DNA of 64,000 nucleotides. Source: Candidatus Caenarcanales bacterium (GTDB lineage Bacteria; Cyanobacteriota; Vampirovibrionia; LMEP-6097). Shown in pieces: positions 58,092 to 64,000 of this stretch (the first letter of the stretch is position 1; the number at the start of each line of letters is the position of its first letter). Both the position numbers and the translations under genes were made by a program. The DNA is taken from positions 6,718 to 70,717 of the forward strand of contig JABSOS010000016.1 in the NCBI GenBank assembly GCA_013216135.1, given 5' to 3'. The notes under the pieces are model-generated. The model did no database searches. It saw only the letters and a program-made list of their open reading frames with translations, and was not told the DNA's origin.

Positions 58092-59783
58092 TTGTTCCTT
58101 ATATATAGTATGAATCGTAGATTTGAGTCGGTTCTATTACCAAATAGTTTTATCCCCGGCTCTAAACCAAATCAATTTAATAAAACATATAGAAGATCAT
58201 CAAAGAATCAATTCGAACAGCAACGTCTAACTAGAACCACTGGTACTTTTGATGAAACCATTTTAGCAAAAGAGCCAAGCACGCCAAATCCTTTTAACTC
58301 TTTAGCTGTCAGTAGAAGAACACAAGAGCCAAGCAATGACTCTGAACCAACCACTGTTCAACCAAGAGAAAACAAATTTACCAGCTTAAGAATAAAGCGT
58401 GAACCTAGAAGCAGTAATCCTCAACCAGTAACCACTACTACAGTGGTTCAACCAAGAGAAAATAAATTTACCAGCTTAAGAATAAAGCGTGAACCTAGAA
58501 GCAATAGCCCTCAACCAACAACATCAACGACGACTTCTAGACCCAAAAATCTATTTTCAAACATCAAAGTAAATGGTAGGAACCCAGATGGAAGCCAACC
58601 TAAACCTCAAAGTGCATTTAGAAATATTACAGTAAATGGAAGGAATCCAAATACAACAAACCCTTCTGGCTCTGGAAGAAATATTTTTAATAACTTGAGA
58701 TCAAGACAAGGTTCTCAAAAAACAGCTGTAATTGATCAATTTGCAGATAAGCCACCTAATGAGTATTTAAATACAGGTGATTATAATATCGTTCAAAGAG
58801 ACTTAGAAGATACCAAGTTAAGTAATCTTAATAATCAAACTTATACAAAGTATTATAAAGACTTAATTGGCAGCGAAAAATACCAAGACTTACTAACAAG
58901 TGAACTTGCCAAAACTAAAGCTGGCAATGCAGATGAAAGAACAGCCAAACTAGGTTATTTCAGAGCTCATTTATATAAGAACCAGTTACGCAAAGCTATT
59001 TTCAATAAAGACTTGAGTCCAGGTCAAAAACGTGATAACTATGAAGTCCTAAATGATGCCCTAAATGCATCCTTAGGCACCACTGATAATGAAAACCCAC
59101 TAAATATAGAAATGCAAGAAAGAATCATTCCAGAAATGATGAAACTTATGGCTGCAGATGGTATTAAAGTAATCATCGAAGATTCATCTGGTAATAAGAC
59201 TGAACACCCAGATAATCAAGCAGATGCAAGGCAAGAATATGTATTTAAGATGGATAACAATATGTGGAGAACACAAATTGGTGACAGCTTATTCGGTAAA
59301 TATGCAGAACAGGTATTAGACCTTGCTGAGAACCCAAATTCTGAAATCAGTTATAGGGAGATGTATAGAGATGCAAATAAGGCAGAAATTACTGATTTTA
59401 CGAATAGTGTAAAAAAACTTGACGGTAAAGAAAATGAAATTATTCAAGCTTTAAAAAGTAGCTCTAGAACTCCAGACCAGAGTCAATTAATAGCAGATGC
59501 AAAAGTCAGTCTAGAAATGATGTTAAATAATCCGATGAGATACAAAGATTCAAGCACAGCTTTAGCTAATGCTAATAGTATTCTTGGTGGAGATAAAAAT
59601 GCACTTGCTGCACTTTTAGTATATTTAGTCCAAACCCCAGTCAAAGTCAAAGACTCAGAAGGTAAGACTATTGAAATTACCCAAAGTAATATTTTTGATT
59701 CTGATGATAAAGGTAATGCATACCTTAATAATCCTGAATTAAAAGCTGAATTATTAAAAAAATTAAACTCTGGCTTACTTTAA
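58092..59783 (+). CDS. repeat-containing hypothetical protein (563 aa)
   Basis: N-terminal low-complexity region with 30-aa tandem repeats 'VQPRENKFTSLRIKREPRS.(N)PQP' and 'N[IT][KT]VNGRNP' repeats; globular C-terminal half. Confidence 0.5.
   Translation: MFLIYSMNRRFESVLLPNSFIPGSKPNQFNKTYRRSSKNQFEQQRLTRTTGTFDETILAKEPSTPNPFNSLAVSRRTQEPSNDSEPTTVQPRENKFTSLRIKREPRSSNPQPVTTTTVVQPRENKFTSLRIKREPRSNSPQPTTSTTTSRPKNLFSNIKVNGRNPDGSQPKPQSAFRNITVNGRNPNTTNPSGSGRNIFNNLRSRQGSQKTAVIDQFADKPPNEYLNTGDYNIVQRDLEDTKLSNLNNQTYTKYYKDLIGSEKYQDLLTSELAKTKAGNADERTAKLGYFRAHLYKNQLRKAIFNKDLSPGQKRDNYEVLNDALNASLGTTDNENPLNIEMQERIIPEMMKLMAADGIKVIIEDSSGNKTEHPDNQADARQEYVFKMDNNMWRTQIGDSLFGKYAEQVLDLAENPNSEISYREMYRDANKAEITDFTNSVKKLDGKENEIIQALKSSSRTPDQSQLIADAKVSLEMMLNNPMRYKDSSTALANANSILGGDKNALAALLVYLVQTPVKVKDSEGKTIEITQSNIFDSDDKGNAYLNNPELKAELLKKLNSGLL
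58356..58535 (+). repeat. near-identical 90-bp tandem duplication inside the CDS
   Basis: 'GTTCAACCAAGAGAAAA[C/T]AAATTTACCAGCTTAAGAATAAAGCGTGAACCTAGAAGCA...' x2. Confidence 0.8.
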
Positions 59784-59835
59784 TTCTCTATCAAAATCAA
59801 GCAAAAACAGCTTTGTATATACATAGGAAATTATT

Positions 59836-60798
59836 ATGACAACAGACTTATTATTACAAGGTAACAACGGAAATACCCAAACTAGAGAATCAAGAAATCA
59901 ATTTGAAAAATTAAGAGTACGAAGAGAGCCTGATACTTCAACATCAGAAAAGAAATCGGAATACGATCCATTTGGTTCTCTAAGAAGAACAGAACAAAAT
60001 AACCCAAGTGGGAAAAATGGCTCGGTAGATCAAAGGTATATAGACCAAGTAGTTAATGACCCACAGTTAAAAAAGATTTTTAGCAGTGAAAGACTTGTAG
60101 AACTATATGAAAAAGAATTGGCAGATCAAGATTTAACTGCAGAAGAACAAAAAGAGCTTGATGAAGAGCTAAGTAAAAATGGTATTCATAGAGAAAGTAA
60201 GAATACTTATATAGGCTGGAGAAGGGCTACTATTAAAAGTTTAAAAACTGATGTCGATAATCCAGATGAGATTATTAAAGCGCTTGAAAAGATTTATGAC
60301 TTACCTTCTAAAGCGGCAAAAGAGGCAATCTTAAATAGAGTAAAAGCAGAATTAAAAGATTCAACAGTAATTAACAACAGTGCCTTTACTATTGATAATA
60401 TACTTTCAGAAGCAGGTTTAGATATACTTAGAGATAACCCTGAGATAGCAAGCTCAGTTGCAAAAGCTCTTAATAAAGATGCTGGCAACCAAGAATATAT
60501 TGACTCTCTTGAGAAGAAAGAAGAAGTTACATCTCGAGGTAAAATTGGAGCTTGGACTACAACATTAGCAATAGTTGGAGCTGGTATAGGAGCAGCTTTA
60601 TTAGTACCAGCAACAGGAGGAGCTAGCATAGGTGGATTTTTGGCTTTTACAGCAGCTGGGGCTGGAACTGGTGCAGCTGTAGGCTCTGTTGGTGCAGCTA
60701 CGTACGAAACAAGAGACTCAGAATCAAAATGGAACAATACCGTTTGGGAGCCTATAAAAGAAGCTCCTGGAAACCTTTGGAACAACCTGTTCGGCTAA
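59836..60798 (+). CDS. hypothetical protein with C-terminal glycine-zipper TM segment; N-terminus paralogous to 58092
   Basis: 'RNQFEKLRVRREP...DPFGSLRRTEQNNP' vs 'KNQFEQQRLTRT...NPFNSLAVSRRTQEP'; C-terminus 'AIVGAGIGAALLVPATGGASIGGFLAFTAAGAGTGAAVGSVGAA'. Confidence 0.5.
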   Translation: MTTDLLLQGNNGNTQTRESRNQFEKLRVRREPDTSTSEKKSEYDPFGSLRRTEQNNPSGKNGSVDQRYIDQVVNDPQLKKIFSSERLVELYEKELADQDLTAEEQKELDEELSKNGIHRESKNTYIGWRRATIKSLKTDVDNPDEIIKALEKIYDLPSKAAKEAILNRVKAELKDSTVINNSAFTIDNILSEAGLDILRDNPEIASSVAKALNKDAGNQEYIDSLEKKEEVTSRGKIGAWTTTLAIVGAGIGAALLVPATGGASIGGFLAFTAAGAGTGAAVGSVGAATYETRDSESKWNNTVWEPIKEAPGNLWNNLFG

Positions 60799-60815
60799 AG
60801 TAACAATTCATAATT

Positions 60816-60864
60816 CAAAAAAGAAAAAGGAAATGTAATCAAAACATTTCCTTTTTCTTTTTTT
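60816..60864 (+). terminator. rho-independent terminator (AAAAAGAAAAAGGAAATGT / ACATTTCCTTTTTCTTTTT)
   Basis: 19-bp perfect inverted repeat followed by T-run. Confidence 0.75.
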
Positions 60865-60967
60865 GAAACAAACCTTATTATATTAAGATCCCATTAAGTG
60901 ATTCAGTATTAACGCATCACAACTCTCCTCTTTATATATTTATAATCAAAAGGAGCAAAGAAGCGCA

Positions 60968-61546
60968 ATGACAGGAATAAACCCGGTATTAACCACACAA
61001 GTAAATACAAACACAAATACAAACTCAACATTAGATCAAATTAGCCAGAAGACAAAATTCGTCTTACAAGCTAATCAACAATTAAAGTTAGATTATGAAG
61101 AGTTTACAAACTCTACTGATGATTCAAATGTAATAAGCCAGGGATCACAGATTTATAATTCACTAGTTTTAAGCAATGAAGAAGCTAGCTTTGTAAATCA
61201 AAGTGGAGCATACGCAAAACTTCGTCAATCAGGTCTAAGTGAAGAAAATGCTGTAGAAACCCTCCAGGAAGCATTAGAGAAAGATTATAAAGAAATCATG
61301 CAAAGCAGTAATGACCCTCAAACTCAGGCTACAGCGAGTAAAGAATATGAAGCTGCAAAAGCAGCTTTAAGTAAGCTAGAAGACATAGTTACAAAAAATC
61401 CAGGAAATGCTGATCAAGTAATTTTTAATGAAATTAATAAATTTGTTGAAAAATTTGACCAAGCTCAATCAAGTGGAAGTATGTTTAATTCTATAGTTGC
61501 ATTAGAATCTAGCTCTAATGGCAATAAAGCAATGGCTTTAGCTTAA
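60968..61546 (+). CDS. hypothetical helical protein (192 aa) sharing N-terminal motif with the 57773-58000 gene
   Basis: 'LKLDYEEF' motif; T/N-rich N-terminus. Confidence 0.5.
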   Translation: MTGINPVLTTQVNTNTNTNSTLDQISQKTKFVLQANQQLKLDYEEFTNSTDDSNVISQGSQIYNSLVLSNEEASFVNQSGAYAKLRQSGLSEENAVETLQEALEKDYKEIMQSSNDPQTQATASKEYEAAKAALSKLEDIVTKNPGNADQVIFNEINKFVEKFDQAQSSGSMFNSIVALESSSNGNKAMALA

Positions 61547-61566
61547 GCAAAAAGAAATAGCAGAAA

Positions 61567-61607
61567 AGAAAAACACGGAACATAGTTTCGTGTTTTTCTT
61601 TTTTTAG
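61567..61607. terminator. rho-independent terminator hairpin (GAAAAACACGGAAC / GTTTCGTGTTTTTC) plus T-run
   Basis: 13/14 inverted repeat followed by TTTTTTT; between convergent genes. Confidence 0.65.
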
Positions 61608-61652
61608 TATGCTATAAAAGTTTCAATACACCTAATCCAAATTCAATTTTAA

Positions 61653-62414
61653 TTAATTAGAATTAAATTTAAGCTTATGGTTTTCATAACGTCTTCGACC
61701 TAAGAAAGTAGTCGATAAAATGTTTTGTATCGGTCTAAACATATTGGTTAGAATACCATCAATGCCCTTCTGAAGCCTTACTGGAGTATTTTTAGAACCA
61801 CGCCCTTTTCCTCTGTGATATTGTTGACCAAGTTCTAATGCACCAATACCTGCTGCCTGAATAAATAATTGAGAAATTGCAGACTTAGTCTGCTTCTCAT
61901 CTGATGAATTAACTAATTTTTTAACCTCGCCAGCACCTAAATTTAATAAAAATCCTTTAGCTAAACTTCCAACTGAATCCAATGGATTCCCTCTTCTAAA
62001 CCCATCAAAAGCAGCGAAGTACTGTGTGACAGAAGAAATATTAATCAAAGTCGGTAAAAATGAAAGTATTTTCCTCATAAGGTCTCCCTGTTTTGAGTCC
62101 AATACAAAATTACGCACTTGTTGTCCAAGTGCACTTCCAGCACCAGTAATAGATTCAACAACCCCCACAAAGGCTGCACTAACATGATCAAGTAAACTCG
62201 ATGGAGCTACTGCAGCTGTACCATCAGAAGAAATCGCCAAATCAGATGATCCAGCAGCCACTCTTGGTTGAGCAAGCGCCCTACCCACCTGATAATTATC
62301 CCTAGGTCTCCTAGCGGTTTCCTGAGGTTTACTAGATCTAGACAGCTCTTCTGGAGAAAGGCTTTCACCTTTCTCCAGAAGAGCTGTATTTAATGTAGTA
62401 TCTTGATTTATCAA
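61653..62414 (-). CDS. hypothetical protein
   Basis: 253 aa ORF. Confidence 0.45.
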   Translation of the reverse strand: MINQDTTLNTALLEKGESLSPEELSRSSKPQETARRPRDNYQVGRALAQPRVAAGSSDLAISSDGTAAVAPSSLLDHVSAAFVGVVESITGAGSALGQQVRNFVLDSKQGDLMRKILSFLPTLINISSVTQYFAAFDGFRRGNPLDSVGSLAKGFLLNLGAGEVKKLVNSSDEKQTKSAISQLFIQAAGIGALELGQQYHRGKGRGSKNTPVRLQKGIDGILTNMFRPIQNILSTTFLGRRRYENHKLKFNSN

Positions 62415-62429
62415 ATTTCAAATCTCATA

Positions 62430-63134
62430 TTATGTAGTAGTCAAATCTTTATTAAAACGAGAGTTATCGAAATAAAGCTCACCTTTAAGACCTGCTCTAC
62501 CGTAGTCGTAGCCCATATTTCTATCTCGTTGCTCGTAGTAACGGACAATTGGCTGGAAACTACTCTTCCTAAAGCCATTCTCTGTGGTGTAAACACTTCC
62601 GAAATTACCCATGAATGCCCAGCGATCGAGTTCAGTAGCACCACCATCTGCTGATTTCATAACCATTTCGAGTCCATTATTAACTGTACCTGTAGCTAAA
62701 CCTGCAGCTCTTAAACCAAATTTGACAATATTATTTTTTGATTTAATCGAAGCCGTATTTAAAGCTAATGAAATTGCTTTTAAACCTGCTTGGTCTAAAT
62801 TCTCACTAACAGTCCATTCATTACCACCAGAACTAGTCGTAGTGTTCCAAATCTGCAGACCATCAGTAACCAAGCCACTTGCAGAGGAGACGGAATTTAA
62901 CCACCAGGCTGTCTCTACAACTTGAGCACCTAAATTAAATGTATCAATAGTTTCATCCGCAAGATTTGCCGTCTTTGCTATATGACCAGCCATAGTAGCT
63001 TCTGGCAATATTGAAAACTTTAAAGTATTACCAGCTTTTGAAGCTAAACCAGGAGCATTATTCTTAATAACTGATCCTAATTTACCAAAAACTCTTTCAC
63101 CAAGCTCCCAGCCTAATTGTAATTTTCCTGACAT
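62430..63134 (-). CDS. hypothetical protein
   Basis: 234 aa ORF; 15-bp spacing to the downstream gene. Confidence 0.45.
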   Translation of the reverse strand: MSGKLQLGWELGERVFGKLGSVIKNNAPGLASKAGNTLKFSILPEATMAGHIAKTANLADETIDTFNLGAQVVETAWWLNSVSSASGLVTDGLQIWNTTTSSGGNEWTVSENLDQAGLKAISLALNTASIKSKNNIVKFGLRAAGLATGTVNNGLEMVMKSADGGATELDRWAFMGNFGSVYTTENGFRKSSFQPIVRYYEQRDRNMGYDYGRAGLKGELYFDNSRFNKDLTTT

Positions 63135-63287
63135 ATTTTATTACTTTCCTTTTTTAGAACGAATCCGTAAATACAAAGATCTTCACATGAATATATTTAT
63201 ACAAATTTATTCAAAACTTAATATAAATTTACGAGTCACCGCAACATTGTATTAACAAGTTACACAGAAAAGGAACTATTAAAAAAT

Positions 63288-64000
63288 ATGTTAGGAATTG
63301 GACTCGGAAATATAATTAGAAACCCAGTAGGTTTAGATACTTTCACCTCAGAATTTGATAACGCCTGGGATGCCTTCCATGGAACATTCGGTGAAAAAGG
63401 AAGAGAGCCCAATAAATTTAGTCATTTAAGGAAAGATGCCAACCCTAACCATCTTTTAGCATTTGCCAAAACATACTTTTTAGGTGAAATCGCTGGAGAT
63501 ATTGGGGGTGCAGACGGGATCACAGAAGTTGCAGCCAGTATTGCAAGCTCCCTTACTAACCCTTTAGACTGGGCAAAAGATTTAGGTTCAGGTATCTCAA
63601 TATTAACGAGAGCTGCAGCCGAAGGTGACTTAGATGTAATGAAAATAATGGAAGCTGGAGGTTATATTGCTGGCGCAATTCCAGTCCTAGGAACATTTGT
63701 CGATATTGCCAAATTTAACAAACTTTTTAACACCATGATAAAAACAGGTGGTGAAGTAAGCAGTTTAAATAAAACCTTAGATTCAGCACTCGATGCAGCA
63801 AAAGCAAATACTACAGGTAAGCTACTCAAACTAAGCGATGACGCAGGTGGCAAAATTTTAAAAGTTGATGACTTGTTTGATAGTGCTACTGATCTTAGTA
63901 AGATTGAAGGTTGGGATAGCTTTAGAAAAGTTACAGTAGATGTTGCCGATGGTAAAAAAATCAAGACCCTAAAAATGGAAGATGCTATTAAAAAATATAA
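63288..64000 (+). CDS. hypothetical protein, 3'-partial (runs off window)
   Basis: ATG at 63288 with 'AAAAGGAA' SD; open frame to window end (MLGIGLGNIIRNPVGLDTF...). Confidence 0.45.
   Translation, partial: MLGIGLGNIIRNPVGLDTFTSEFDNAWDAFHGTFGEKGREPNKFSHLRKDANPNHLLAFAKTYFLGEIAGDIGGADGITEVAASIASSLTNPLDWAKDLGSGISILTRAAAEGDLDVMKIMEAGGYIAGAIPVLGTFVDIAKFNKLFNTMIKTGGEVSSLNKTLDSALDAAKANTTGKLLKLSDDAGGKILKVDDLFDSATDLSKIEGWDSFRKVTVDVADGKKIKTLKMEDAIKKY

Noticed and set aside
1-64000. Prophage, integrative element or transposon
   Set aside because: No integrase, transposase, terminal inverted repeats, tRNA attachment site or phage structural genes recognised. The repeat-protein cluster at 54-64 kb might be an accessory island, but no mobility genes are visible in the window.

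Overview
64 kb AT-rich (about one-third GC by eye) bacterial chromosomal segment, densely coded on both strands. No rRNA, tRNA, CRISPR array, integrase or transposase was recognised. The taxon cannot be determined from the sequence alone.

Recognisable content, in order:
- amt-glnK (ammonium transporter plus P-II).
- A divergent LysR regulator followed by a DabB/DabA (MpsA/MpsB-type, DUF2309 plus NuoL-like) inorganic-carbon uptake pair and a P-II-like gene.
- A low-molecular-weight phosphatase and a NUDIX gene, then several lineage-specific hypothetical proteins.
- An unusual respiratory operon (details below).
- cdd-sbcD-sbcC, mazG, ribD.
- A secY-rplO...rplB ribosomal-protein block that is truncated at both ends.
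- holA-like, rmuC-like, typA, ligA.
- A stand-alone F-ATPase a-subunit homolog beside a CaCA exchanger and a cadherin-repeat protein.
- thyX, surE.
- A 3' region full of small and low-complexity, repeat-bearing proteins of unknown function.

Most interesting is the operon at 11.5-15.8 kb. Its gene order is: CydA-like membrane protein, Rieske protein, b6-type cytochrome b, then a second CydA-like protein fused to a mono-heme cytochrome c. It looks like a Rieske/cyt b complex wired to cytochrome-bd-like modules, with no cydB and no separate c-type cytochrome. It is preceded by five direct repeats phased exactly 21 bp apart. Inside it there is a duplicated ~110-nt intergenic module; the second copy carries a small ORF translationally coupled at both ends (TAATG / ATGA).

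Other notable points:
- Lys/Glu-rich N-terminal extensions on S5 and L24.
- A cytidine deaminase with a lipoprotein signal peptide.
- An orphan ATPase a-subunit with a His-rich loop insertion.
- Two paralogous families of small or repeat proteins near the 3' end that share short linear motifs.
- Many effector-like hypothetical proteins, which fits a host-associated or predatory lifestyle. That last point is inference only.
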